This document shows, in pieces, positions 1-11,107 of a stretch of 64,000 bases of DNA (positions are counted from its first letter, which is position 1; each line of letters opens with the position of its first letter). Position numbers and translations under genes: made by a program. The notes beneath the pieces were generated by a model, which was not told the origin of the DNA, did no database searches, and saw nothing but the letters and a program-made list of their open reading frames with translations. Location of the stretch: the NCBI GenBank assembly GCA_050250855.1, contig JBFWNW010000002.1:160001-224000 (forward strand), read 5' to 3'. Source of the DNA: Candidatus Babeliales bacterium (GTDB lineage: Bacteria; Babelota; Babeliae; Babelales; JACPOV01).

Positions 1-251
1 GTATTTGCTTTACAATGCATTCTTTTATACGAGCCGCATGCGCGTATGCTTTTTAAAACAGTACCACTTTCTTTTGAGCAATGGTTGCTACTTTTTGCTT
101 GCAGTGCACCATTATTTATCCTTGAAGAACTACGAAAAATGGTCGCAAATCTTATCTTTGAGAAAAAATAGATTTGACGAATATAAATAATGTAGTAGGC
201 TAAAAAAAGTTGTAAGAAGGCACTTTTTTAGCAATTGCAAAGGATTTATCT

Positions 252-878
252 ATGAATAAAAAAATACACTACAGTTTATTAATGGCAGCATTGGTAAGCA
301 CATCTTGTTTGGCAGAGCATGCAGTAAAATCTGACATTCCTACAACTATGGAAGAATTAAAATCAGTAATTCATAAAGAAATACAGAATGCAGTTGGCTT
401 TATTAATCCTTTTGAAATTTTAGAAAAATCTGATGAATATAAAGATGAATTAAAGCGTATAGAAAAAGAACTTGATGCACGCAAAGCGCAGCTCAAATCT
501 CTTGAAGATACTGCTATGAAGAAAAAGACTGAGCTTGAAACTATGGCAAATGCATTGAGCGAATCTGCTCGTGACCGTAAACGAGAAGAGTTGGTTAATT
601 TGGAAGCGCAGTACAGAATTAAACTTCAAGGTGCACAAGAATATGCACAAAGCGCAGAAGAAAAAGCACGTATGCGTATTTTGAAGAAAATTCAAGATGA
701 AGCAGAAGGTCTAGCAAAAGAAGAAGGCCGTATCATGGTCATAGCTGGTGGCGTGATTTATGGTGCACAGCCGATTGACTTGACAAGCAAGGTTACTGAA
801 CGCTTGAACAAAAAATATAAAGCTGAAAAAGAAAAGAAAAAAGAGCGTGACGAACGTGCTAAAGAAAAAAATAAATAA
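252..878 (+). CDS. skp: OmpH/Skp-family periplasmic chaperone
   Basis: Signal peptide, VGFINPFEIL beta-strand, long coiled coil, C-terminal IDLTSKVTERLN typical of OmpH. Confidence 0.75.
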   Translation: MNKKIHYSLLMAALVSTSCLAEHAVKSDIPTTMEELKSVIHKEIQNAVGFINPFEILEKSDEYKDELKRIEKELDARKAQLKSLEDTAMKKKTELETMANALSESARDRKREELVNLEAQYRIKLQGAQEYAQSAEEKARMRILKKIQDEAEGLAKEEGRIMVIAGGVIYGAQPIDLTSKVTERLNKKYKAEKEKKKERDERAKEKNK

Positions 879-905
879 CATAATGAACTAAACAAGTAAT
901 TGTTG

Positions 906-938
906 TGCCCGTAAGAAATTCTTACGGGCATTTTTTTT
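906..938 (+). terminator. Rho-independent terminator after skp
   Basis: TGCCCGTAAGAA-A-TTCTTACGGGCA hairpin followed by T8. Confidence 0.8.
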
Positions 939-946
939 GAAAAACT

Positions 947-1483
947 ATGGAAAAAAAAACTGACATTAAAGCAATCATTGGTCTTGGTAACCCTGGACCA
1001 AAATTTACTCATAATCGACACAATATTGGTTTTCTGGTGCTTGATGCATTGGCAGAAAAGCATGGTGGTACTTGGCATACAAAAGATAATTTAGCATATG
1101 CAGAACTACGCGCACCAGAGGGGGTTGTAGTTTTAGTAAAACCACAAACCTTTATGAACAGCTCTGGCAAAGTTATACCTTTTTTACAAAAAAAGGGGAT
1201 AAAGCCTGAAAATATTCTTGTTGTTCATGATGAGCTTGAGCTACCATTTGGCCAACATAAACTCAGACTTGGAGGCAGTGCTAAAGGGCATAATGGCTTG
1301 CGCTCAATTATTGATATGATAGGTAAAGATTTCTGGCGGCTTTCCTGTGGCGTTGGAAGGCCAGAAAACAGGGAAGATGTAGGCAATTACGTACTTTCAG
1401 ATTTTACTGAAGGAGGGGCTCTTTTGGCTTCTTATATAAGTAATGCCTGCAATATTATAGATAGGGAGGCTGGTTTGGGTTAG
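947..1483 (+). CDS. pth: Peptidyl-tRNA hydrolase
   Basis: GLGNPG, RHNIGF, KPQTFMNSSG, HDELE, GHNGLRSI motifs. Confidence 0.97.
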   Translation: MEKKTDIKAIIGLGNPGPKFTHNRHNIGFLVLDALAEKHGGTWHTKDNLAYAELRAPEGVVVLVKPQTFMNSSGKVIPFLQKKGIKPENILVVHDELELPFGQHKLRLGGSAKGHNGLRSIIDMIGKDFWRLSCGVGRPENREDVGNYVLSDFTEGGALLASYISNACNIIDREAGLG

Positions 1484-1550
1484 GCCCTTTTAATTTTTAT
1501 GATTTAGTGCTATTATTAAATAAGGTAATTTTTTAAATGAAGGAATCTTT

Positions 1551-1955
1551 ATGAACTATAAAATAATAGCAGTCATGAGCTTTTTCATGGCTCAATCAGG
1601 TGTAGTTGCCATGGAAATGCCATCACATATAACAGGGAGAATTGAGCAATGTTATGCCGTTACTTGTAAAAGTAATACCTGTAAAGATAAAATCTCTTCT
1701 TATTCTTCTCTTTTTACGGGAATAGGTTCGCGGCAAACCATTGAAAATATAATATCTCATCACACTAATTTTCATGTGCAAAACGGTGATACTGCATATA
1801 CGAGGGAGTGCATGCAGAGCAAAGAGTTGTCATGGGACTCTCTTATTATGCGCTGTGCATTATGCCAAACAATGCAAGAATCGAATCTTCCCAAGAATTT
1901 ATCCTATGATAACTATGTTGACTCTTTTATAGAAAAGCATCAGCATAATAATTAA
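1551..1955 (+). CDS. Secreted Cys/His-rich hypothetical protein
   Basis: SD AAGGA, signal peptide ending VVA-ME, CxxxxC...HxxxxH and CxxC...HxH clusters. Confidence 0.6.
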   Translation: MNYKIIAVMSFFMAQSGVVAMEMPSHITGRIEQCYAVTCKSNTCKDKISSYSSLFTGIGSRQTIENIISHHTNFHVQNGDTAYTRECMQSKELSWDSLIMRCALCQTMQESNLPKNLSYDNYVDSFIEKHQHNN

Positions 1956-1972
1956 GATATTTTTATACAAAC

Positions 1973-4570
1973 TTATACGTTTGTTAACCAATCTTTAATT
2001 TTTTTCTGTAGTTGAGCAATATCCGGCATTGCGCCACCACCTTGCAAGGTGCCTTTTTTACCGCCGCCACGCAAATCAAAAGTTGTTTGTAAAAACTGAG
2101 CAAACTTTTGTAGGTCAACCTGAGGCAATGTTTCTGGCGCCATGGCAAAAAAAGCGCAGCGCTCTTTGTTGCCACCAAGCAAGAAATAAAATCCTGATTT
2201 TTGGTGCATAAGATCAGATGCTGCCATTCTTAATTCATCTACCGTATAATCTTCAAGATTAAAGAATCCAAAAGGTATTTTGCTAACCTGCTCAATTTGA
2301 GCAAGTAATGCTGGTAGTTGAGCTTTCCACGCATCTTTTTTAAGATGTTTTATTTGAGTTTGAAGCTGCTTAATCTGTTCACGTTGTTTTTCAACAGCAT
2401 GAGAAAGCTCAGCCAAAGGAACTTTGTATTCTTGGCATAACTTTTTAGTAAGAGCAAAATCTTCTTGAAAGAGTTCCATCGCTCCACGGCCTGTTAAGGC
2501 AACAATACGGCGCTGGCCAGCAGAAAGCGCTCCCTCTTCTGTTATTTTTAATAAGCCAATATCGCCAGTTCTTCTGACATGAGTACCGCCACAAAGCTCC
2601 ATAGAAAATGGTGCAATATCAATGACGCGTACATTTTCTGGATTATATTTTTCACCAAAAATGGCAATAACGCCTTTTTGAATTGCTTTATCATACGTTG
2701 TTTCATAAATAGAAACAGGAAGGTTTTCACGAATTTTTTGATTTACCAAATTCTCAACTTTTGTAATTTCTTCAGGGGTCATTGCTTTATGATACGTAAA
2801 ATCAAAACGCAAATAATCAGGATGCACTAAAGAACCAGATTGGCGTACTTCTTTGCCAAGAACTTGAATCAGCGCTGATTGCAAAAGATGCGTTGCGGTA
2901 TGATTATTCATTGTATCAAGACGACGTTGATGAGAAACGTGCGCATGAACAGTAGCGCCAATTTTAAGTGCTATTGGTGCTGTAATATGAACAGCTATGC
3001 AATTACCAATACGCTTCAGATCTTTGATGGGTGCTGTATGATTGTCAATAGTAAGAGTACCTTCATCGCTGACCTGGCCACCTTTTTCAACAAAAAAAGG
3101 AGTTTCTTTGGTAATAACCCAACAATCAGTACCAGCTTTAATTGTTTTTGTTAGCGTATTATTTTCAATAAGCGTAATGATAGGACTTTTATTTTCAGTA
3201 ACCTCATAACCAACAAAAGTAGTTGCAAGATCTTCTGGTAGTTCTATTTTTTCAATGGCATCTTTTTCAAGCTTTGCACCAGAGCGTTCTCTTTGGAGCT
3301 CCATCTCTTTATCAAATTCTTGTACATCAACCGTGTATCCTTTTTCATGCGCAATAACGCGCGTAAGTTCCAAAGGAAAACCATAGGTATCATACAGTTT
3401 AAATGCTTGCTCTCCAGAAATTACTGTCCCTTTTGACTCCTTAAAGAATTTTTCTAAAATTGCTTGGCCATGCACAAGATTTGCAGCAAATTTATCAATC
3501 TCTGTTTTGAGAACATGCTTAATTATTTTTTCAGCTGTTTTGAGCTCTGGATAAATAGGGCTCATAAAATCAATGACAGCTTGGGCTAGGTCAGGGAATA
3601 TATTTTTATCAGTTAATTTTTGTGCAAATAATGCACCACGGCGAATAACTTTACGCAGTACATAGCCCCGTCCTTCATTAGAAGGAGTAGCGCCATCAGC
3701 TATTAAGAAGGTGGCCGCGCGCACGTGGTCTGCGATAACATTAAAAGCATTTTTTAATGGTTGCGTAGAATCATAATAAGCAAGGCCTGTTAATGTTTCT
3801 GTTGTTTGAATAATGGGTGCAAAAAGATCCGTTTCAAATACCGATTCTTTTTTTTCTAAGACTAAAGCAAGGCGCTCAAGACCCATGCCAGTATCCACAC
3901 CGGTTTGCTTTAAAGGAAGGTCCGTGCCATCTTCTTGGCGATTGAATTGCATAAATACCAAATTCCATACTTCAAGAAAGCGGTCACAACTGCAACCGGG
4001 GGCGCAGTTTTTTTGGCCGCAACCAATAGAAGGACCACGATCGACGTAGATTTCGGTACAAGGGCCGCATGGACCAGTATCGCCCATCTGCCAAAAATTG
4101 TCTTTATGGCCTAATTTTGAAATCTTTTCTTGAGGGAGGCCAACTTCTTTGTGCCAAATATTATAACTTTCATTATCTTCTTGGAAAACCGTAACGTACA
4201 TATTTTTAGGATCAAGCCCAAAATCTTTAGTCAAGCATTCCCAGGCCCAGGTAATGGCATCCTTTTTAAAATAGTCACCAAATGAGAAATTGCCCATCAT
4301 TTCAAAAAATGTAAGATGGCGATTGGTCATACCAACGTTATCTAAGTCGTTATGTTTACCGCCAGCACGCATACATTTTTGAATAGAAACGGCACGTGTA
4401 TAACTTCTTTTTTCTTGACCAAGAAAAACATCCTTAAATTGGTTCATACCTGCATTGGTAAAGAGTAAGGTTGGGTCTTGGGCAGGAATTAAAGAAGAGC
4501 TGGCAATTTTAGTGTGGCCTCTTTTTTCAAAAAACTTGAAAAATATGCTACGCATTTCCATTGAATTCAT
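1973..4570 (-). CDS. alaS: Alanine--tRNA ligase
   Basis: LLFTNAGMNQFK, FFEMMGNFSFGDYFK, HTATHLL, ELCGGTHV, GGG DHHA1 tail. Confidence 0.98.
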   Translation of the reverse strand: MNSMEMRSIFFKFFEKRGHTKIASSSLIPAQDPTLLFTNAGMNQFKDVFLGQEKRSYTRAVSIQKCMRAGGKHNDLDNVGMTNRHLTFFEMMGNFSFGDYFKKDAITWAWECLTKDFGLDPKNMYVTVFQEDNESYNIWHKEVGLPQEKISKLGHKDNFWQMGDTGPCGPCTEIYVDRGPSIGCGQKNCAPGCSCDRFLEVWNLVFMQFNRQEDGTDLPLKQTGVDTGMGLERLALVLEKKESVFETDLFAPIIQTTETLTGLAYYDSTQPLKNAFNVIADHVRAATFLIADGATPSNEGRGYVLRKVIRRGALFAQKLTDKNIFPDLAQAVIDFMSPIYPELKTAEKIIKHVLKTEIDKFAANLVHGQAILEKFFKESKGTVISGEQAFKLYDTYGFPLELTRVIAHEKGYTVDVQEFDKEMELQRERSGAKLEKDAIEKIELPEDLATTFVGYEVTENKSPIITLIENNTLTKTIKAGTDCWVITKETPFFVEKGGQVSDEGTLTIDNHTAPIKDLKRIGNCIAVHITAPIALKIGATVHAHVSHQRRLDTMNNHTATHLLQSALIQVLGKEVRQSGSLVHPDYLRFDFTYHKAMTPEEITKVENLVNQKIRENLPVSIYETTYDKAIQKGVIAIFGEKYNPENVRVIDIAPFSMELCGGTHVRRTGDIGLLKITEEGALSAGQRRIVALTGRGAMELFQEDFALTKKLCQEYKVPLAELSHAVEKQREQIKQLQTQIKHLKKDAWKAQLPALLAQIEQVSKIPFGFFNLEDYTVDELRMAASDLMHQKSGFYFLLGGNKERCAFFAMAPETLPQVDLQKFAQFLQTTFDLRGGGKKGTLQGGGAMPDIAQLQKKIKDWLTNV

Positions 4571-4645
4571 GATAATTTCTCTTTTAAAAAGGGATTAATT
4601 GTCCCTATTATAGCATAAATTGAACAAAATACATGGAAATTATTT

Positions 4646-6031
4646 TTATAGATAATGCTTAATTTCCCAATCAGTTACCGCGGTTCTATAGGCGGCAGCT
4701 TCTTTTCTTTTTTCTTGTACATAGATTGCTACAAATGATTCGCCAAGAGTTTCTTGTATAAAGCTACTTTGTTCAAACTTATCGATTGCTTCATCAAGGC
4801 TTCCAGGAAGCATTTTAATGCCACGGTTGATTATTTCTTGTGGTGTTAGTTCAAAGAGGTTTTCATGAATCATAGCATCAAGTTTCAGATTTCTTTTAAT
4901 ACCATCAAGACCTGCTTTTAAAAGAAGCGCAAATGCAAGGTAAGGGTTGCAGGAAGGGTCTGGACAGCGAATTTCTGCGCGTGCAGCCTGCGCTTGATCC
5001 GCATTAATTTGTGGAATTCTAATAAGAGCACTTCTGTTTTTAGTGCCACAGCAAATAATATTTGGTGCTTCATAGCCAGGAACAAGGCGTTTATATGAAT
5101 TTACCGTAGGGTTGAATGCAAGTGCCATTGCTTGTGCATGGTGAAGAACTCCCGCTATGAAAGATTGTGCAAGCGGTGATAAATAGTAAGCATTTTGAGC
5201 ATCATAAAATACATTTTCCTGAGTTTGGGCATCAACCAGACTAAAGTGCATATGCAAACCACTGCCATTTTTTCCAAATAGTGGTTTTGGCATAAATGAA
5301 ATAGTTAAATTATTAAGATTTCCTAATCCTTTAAGCACATATTTTGCAAGCGTAACTTTATCTGCCATTGTTAATGCATCATCATATTTTAACACTATTT
5401 CATACTGTCCTGGAGCAACTTCATGATGCATTTTTTCTGGATCAAGACCAAAAGATCTAAATGCATGGAGCATCCCTGTTTGCATGTCGGGTGTACTAAA
5501 ATCAAACATTGCTTCAATATATTGTCCATTATCAAAAGGAACTAATGCGCTACCATCATTTTTTTTGAATATAAAAAATTCTAATTCAGTACCAACATTA
5601 AATATAAAACCAGCTTCACGGGCTTCTTGAGTAACTTTTTGTAAAATAAAACGGGGATCATTAGAATACGGTTCTTCTGCAGATTTATGCATAGTGCACA
5701 TAACTAAGGCAATTTTTCCTTGGTCTCTGCTCCACGGCGTTACGCGTACGGTATCATTATCTGGCATTAATAACATGTCACTTTCAGTTATTCTATTGCA
5801 GCCAGGAATAGAAGAGCCGTCTACAAAAATACCATTTTCTAAATCTTTTTCTAAAAAATTAAAAGGACGAAGAACAGATTTTAATTGCCCCAGAAAATCT
5901 GAAAATATAAATTCTATATATTGTACATTGCGATGGCGAACGATATCGAGCGCCTTTTGAGAATTTTCTTTAGCAGCAAAGGTTGCTTGTACACAATATA
6001 ATGCTAGAAATAATAATTTTTTTTTATTCAT
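4646..6031 (-). CDS. glnA: Glutamine synthetase type I family protein with N-terminal signal-peptide-like extension
   Basis: DGSSI, ELEFF, HHEVAPGQYE, FMPKP, NGSGLHMH, NSYKRLVPGYEAP, EIRCPD; start placed at MNKKK (6031) behind SD AGAGGAG. Confidence 0.88.
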   Translation of the reverse strand: MNKKKLLFLALYCVQATFAAKENSQKALDIVRHRNVQYIEFIFSDFLGQLKSVLRPFNFLEKDLENGIFVDGSSIPGCNRITESDMLLMPDNDTVRVTPWSRDQGKIALVMCTMHKSAEEPYSNDPRFILQKVTQEAREAGFIFNVGTELEFFIFKKNDGSALVPFDNGQYIEAMFDFSTPDMQTGMLHAFRSFGLDPEKMHHEVAPGQYEIVLKYDDALTMADKVTLAKYVLKGLGNLNNLTISFMPKPLFGKNGSGLHMHFSLVDAQTQENVFYDAQNAYYLSPLAQSFIAGVLHHAQAMALAFNPTVNSYKRLVPGYEAPNIICCGTKNRSALIRIPQINADQAQAARAEIRCPDPSCNPYLAFALLLKAGLDGIKRNLKLDAMIHENLFELTPQEIINRGIKMLPGSLDEAIDKFEQSSFIQETLGESFVAIYVQEKRKEAAAYRTAVTDWEIKHYL

Positions 6032-6119
6032 AAAAACTCCTCTAATTCTTAGTGTATATTGTTTCATTGCATTCTAGTATGCCATGAGAATATGTCAACC
6101 CAAGGAGGAGTGCTATGAT

Positions 6120-6629
6120 TTAGGGAAGTCTTTTAGTTAACTGTTCAAGATCTTGATTTAATTGTTGCAGTTCTGTGCTTAATTCTTCTATGTTAAATGC
6201 TGCGGGAGCAACTTTTTGGCCAGAGCTATCAATTGTTATATTGTTAGGAAGTGTTTGTGTTATTCCTTGTATTGTTTTTTCACTTAAATGGTTTTTTCCA
6301 AGATGTAAATAAGTTAGATTTTTTAAAGATTTAAAAATAGAAGGATTTAAAGTAGTAAGCTCATTAAAACTAAGATTAATACTTTCAAGGTTAGGAAGCT
6401 TATCAAAAATATTATTAGGCAGTGTTTTTAGTTTATTATTACTAAGATTAAGATGAGTAATACGAGCTAAAGTTGGTAGATCATTTAAACCATCTAAGCT
6501 TGTAAGATTTTTATTACTTAAATTAACCTTGTCATTTTCTATATTTATTTCTTCTAGTTCACGTACGGATCGAGCATTGATAGACTCAACACAGAAGAGT
6601 GCACATAATAATATACGAACTATTTTCAT
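6120..6629 (-). CDS. Secreted leucine-rich repeat protein with C-terminal coiled-coil tag
   Basis: Signal peptide from MKIVR (6629); LxxLxLxxNxL repeats (LNLSNNKLKTL, INLSFNELTTL, LHLGKNHL). Confidence 0.85.
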   Translation of the reverse strand: MKIVRILLCALFCVESINARSVRELEEINIENDKVNLSNKNLTSLDGLNDLPTLARITHLNLSNNKLKTLPNNIFDKLPNLESINLSFNELTTLNPSIFKSLKNLTYLHLGKNHLSEKTIQGITQTLPNNITIDSSGQKVAPAAFNIEELSTELQQLNQDLEQLTKRLP

Positions 6630-6681
6630 TACTTTTCCTTTTTTAGCTATTAAAATTATTTTTGTATGATGATACACAAAC

Positions 6682-8292
6682 TCAATATATTTCTTCAATA
6701 AGTTTGCTAATATCTTTTTTTGTTACGCTTGGATGCATTGCCTGATAAAAGGTTTCATCATAGCTGCGTGTTTCAACTACAACCGGCATAGCAACAGCAT
6801 GCCCTAAGAGTAATGCTTGTTTTTTGCTATCAAGTGATGCAAGAATAGCGCGTAATGTTGTTGAGCCAGAAACGCCGGTCAATACTGCAGCAATATCTTT
6901 CTCATCATTAAGTTGTGCAATAATTTTAGTGCCAATTTGAGAAAGAATTTCTTCATCAATGCCAGAAGGGCGTTGATCTACAACAAGTAAAGAAACATAA
7001 TATTTACGCATTTCGCGGGCAATAATACCAAAAATAGTTTGTTTTGCGGCATGAGGATTTAGGAACTTATGTGCCTCTTCAATAGTTATCATCAGTTTTT
7101 TTGGCTCATCTTCTTTTTTATGAGAACCTAAAAATTTTTCTGTTTTGTTAATATATTCATAGTGAATGCGACGGGTGATAATATTGGCAATTAAAAGATA
7201 GCAAAAGGTTGAAGTGTAGTTGCCAAATTCAACAATAATAGAAATTCCTTTATCAATATACTCCATCATATGGTCAATAACAGAAATATTTTTATAAGCA
7301 CCTGCTGTAGCAGATTTTAAAAATGGTAAACGCTCAATGCGCTTTAATTTTCTATACAGTGCGGCAATAGATTCAGGATGTGCACCAAGTTCTTGCGCAA
7401 ATTCTTTAAGATTTTCTCCTTCAGAAAGTAGTTTGGCAAGCCACTCTTTTTTATAGCGCGCAGCAATAAGATATGCAGCTTCTACTGCTGTAGAGTGAAG
7501 ATTAAGTTCATCTTGCAAGCTCATAATATCGTCAACACTAATTGCTTGATAAGGGATAATAATTTCCATATCAGGAGATCCACCGCGTCGTCGCGTAGAA
7601 TCAGGATCAAGAGAAAATATGGCAACTTTATCATTAAAGAGTGTTTTTAGACCTTTTACGAATGATTTTTCAGAGCCTTCTTTGCGAGCTTGCAAACCAT
7701 ATTCACTGTGCATATCAAAAATTAAATTAACAGCTTTATCATTTTTAATAAGGCCAGCAAGAACAAGACGTGTTAAAAATGTTTTACCAGTTCCTGTTTT
7801 GCCAAAAATACCGTTGCTACGCTCTGTCAAACGATCAAGATTAATACATACGGGCGTTTGCATATCAAGCGGTTGGCCAATATTGAAATATTTTTTTGTA
7901 GGTTCTTGTTCATCACCAAAAATAAGCGCAACATCTTCTTTCGTTGCTTCAAAAACTTCACAAAAGTGAGAAGGAATCGTCTTTACCGGCATAATTTGGT
8001 GGTATTTATTGACCATCAACATGGGCTTGAGTTGTGCTGTGGCATAAATATCTTTTTTCTTTAAAATTGAAGTTAAAAGTGTTTCTTCTTTAGTAGGGGG
8101 AAAGAGCAAAATATCGGGGTGAGTAACTTCTAATGAAAGATCAGTAATAAGAGAAAAAAACGTATAATTATTACTTACTACAGAAACGAATTTTCCTGTT
8201 TTTATATCATCAAGTTCAGCATGGGGTGAAATTCGTAGCAAAAAACCTTCAGTTAATGATCCTGAGATAATATGGCCAAGAAGTTTTTTCAT
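6682..8292 (-). CDS. HerA-like (HAS-barrel + DUF87/FtsK-HerA) ATPase
   Basis: N-terminal beta-barrel, Walker A GKTGTGKT, FDMHSEYG, Walker B IEEAH, REMRKY, DQRPS. Confidence 0.85.
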   Translation of the reverse strand: MKKLLGHIISGSLTEGFLLRISPHAELDDIKTGKFVSVVSNNYTFFSLITDLSLEVTHPDILLFPPTKEETLLTSILKKKDIYATAQLKPMLMVNKYHQIMPVKTIPSHFCEVFEATKEDVALIFGDEQEPTKKYFNIGQPLDMQTPVCINLDRLTERSNGIFGKTGTGKTFLTRLVLAGLIKNDKAVNLIFDMHSEYGLQARKEGSEKSFVKGLKTLFNDKVAIFSLDPDSTRRRGGSPDMEIIIPYQAISVDDIMSLQDELNLHSTAVEAAYLIAARYKKEWLAKLLSEGENLKEFAQELGAHPESIAALYRKLKRIERLPFLKSATAGAYKNISVIDHMMEYIDKGISIIVEFGNYTSTFCYLLIANIITRRIHYEYINKTEKFLGSHKKEDEPKKLMITIEEAHKFLNPHAAKQTIFGIIAREMRKYYVSLLVVDQRPSGIDEEILSQIGTKIIAQLNDEKDIAAVLTGVSGSTTLRAILASLDSKKQALLLGHAVAMPVVVETRSYDETFYQAMHPSVTKKDISKLIEEIY

Positions 8293-8295
8293 AGA

Positions 8296-8535
8296 TTATT
8301 GATCAATTAAAAGAGTTGCTTCGTTTCGTTTAACATCTAAAATGCCACCACTTGTAGTAAATGTTTCAATTTTTCCATTAGAAAGACACATTGTTATTGG
8401 TTGGTGGGGTAATACAAGTAATGCCATAGGAACGTGCTGTGGTTGAATAACAAAGTTTCCTACTGCGGTATTAACTTCTATCCAGGCGATAGCAACGGTC
8501 TTTTTTTCATCAGGTTTTATAATGGTAAGATTCAT
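8296..8535 (-). CDS. atpC: F1 ATP synthase epsilon subunit (N-terminal beta-sandwich only)
   Basis: Follows atpD; LTIIKPD..., G.F.I.P.H.P, SGGILDV pattern; 79 aa. Confidence 0.8.
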   Translation of the reverse strand: MNLTIIKPDEKKTVAIAWIEVNTAVGNFVIQPQHVPMALLVLPHQPITMCLSNGKIETFTTSGGILDVKRNEATLLIDQ

Positions 8536-8550
8536 ATTTATTTTTATTTG

Positions 8551-8637
8551 CGTTCGTATGGATTCGACGAGCTCACCACGAACGACTATTCTTTATATAT
8601 TTACCGTTCGCCCTGAGCTTGTCGAAGGGTGCGAACG
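8551..8637. repeat. Inverted doublet of REP-like palindromes (family A)
   Basis: CGTTCGTATGGATTCGACGAGCTCACCACGAACG (8551-8584) and CGTTCGCCCTGAGCTTGTCGAAGGGTGCGAACG (8605-8637) around an AT-rich spacer. Confidence 0.9.
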
Positions 8638-8646
8638 ATAAGAATG

Positions 8647-10083
<1,437 letters not shown>

Positions 10084-10200
10084 TTAGGCCTAAAAAACAT
10101 TATAGTTTTAAGGTAGACAATCAAAAGAGTATTGTAAAGAGGATAGTGAACTATTTTTTGTAAGCTTAGGGTAAAAAAGTATATAATGTAAAATTATTAA

Positions 10201-10498
10201 CCGTTCGAATGCTTCGACAAGCTCAGCACGAACGGAGTGATTGTTGAGCGCAGCGTTCACTCCTTCGTGCCCGACGTAGCACTTTAGTTCGACGAAGTTT
10301 TAACGAAGGCGAATTGTGCGAAGGCTGGGAGTTCGACCGAAGAGTCAGCACGAAAGTTATAATATAAATGTGTATTTATTCTATTAACCCTGATATTTCG
10401 ATTAACCCTCAGATTTTGAGCTACATAGGGCATGCAGTAGTAAATGCTGCGCTAATTTTTGATGCCGTTCGCCCTGAGCTCGTCGAAGGGTGCGAACG
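10201..10498. repeat. Composite REP-like element: family A inverted pair enclosing a nested family B palindrome
   Basis: A units at 10201-10235 and 10465-10498; B unit CCCGACGTAGC...GCGAAGGCTGGG at about 10270-10329; extra hairpin GGAGTGA/TCACTCC. Confidence 0.85.
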
Positions 10499-10510
10499 AA
10501 CTAGATAATT

Positions 10511-11107
10511 ATGAAAAGGAAGCTTTTAATAGCAACCCATAACAAAGGAAAACTTCAGCTTTTTAAAAATTATTTAGCGTCTCTTGATTACGATATTCTT
10601 TCCTTGGACGATGTTGGTATTACCTATGATGTAGAAGAAACAGGTTTAACCTACGAAGAAAATGCTCGTAAAAAAGCAGAAGCTTATGCAGAGCTTTCTG
10701 GCCTCTTGACTCTTGCAGATGATGGCGGCTTAGAAATTGATGCGCTTGGAGGGGAGCCGGGTATTTATTCAGCGCGCTATGCAGGAGAAGACAAAACAGA
10801 TGCGCAAAAGGTAGCCTTTGTTCTTGATAAACTAAAAGGTGTTGCAGAGAATGATCGTGCAGCACGATTTGTTGTAGTTCTTGCATTGGCGCAGCCAGGT
10901 AAAGAGATTAAATTTTTTCAAGGAGAGCTAGAAGGTTCTCTTTCTTTAGAGCCTCGAGGAACGCCACATAAGCAGTTGCCTTATCGCCAACTTTTTATAC
11001 CGGAAGGATATTCCTATACGCTTGATGAACTTGATGATCGCGGTATCTCTTATGTTTCTCACCGTCAAAAAGCAGTTAATAAAGTGGTTCAAGCTTTGAA
11101 GGATTAA
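10511..11107 (+). CDS. rdgB: Non-canonical purine NTP pyrophosphatase (RdgB/Ham1)
   Basis: ATHNKGK, EETG.TYEENA..KA, ADDGGLEIDALGGEPGIYSARY, SHR. Confidence 0.93.
   Translation: MKRKLLIATHNKGKLQLFKNYLASLDYDILSLDDVGITYDVEETGLTYEENARKKAEAYAELSGLLTLADDGGLEIDALGGEPGIYSARYAGEDKTDAQKVAFVLDKLKGVAENDRAARFVVVLALAQPGKEIKFFQGELEGSLSLEPRGTPHKQLPYRQLFIPEGYSYTLDELDDRGISYVSHRQKAVNKVVQALKD

Noticed and set aside
5..190. 61-aa ORF at the window start
   Set aside because: TTG start, no recognisable motif, and it spans a terminator-like hairpin and the probable skp promoter region
6682..8292. HerA as part of an anti-phage system (SIR2-HerA, Nezha-like)
   Set aside because: No partner effector gene is adjacent and the context is housekeeping
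8551..8637. Repeat-spacer-repeat units as a mini CRISPR array
   Set aside because: The repeats are inverted rather than direct, dispersed as doublets, and no cas genes are present
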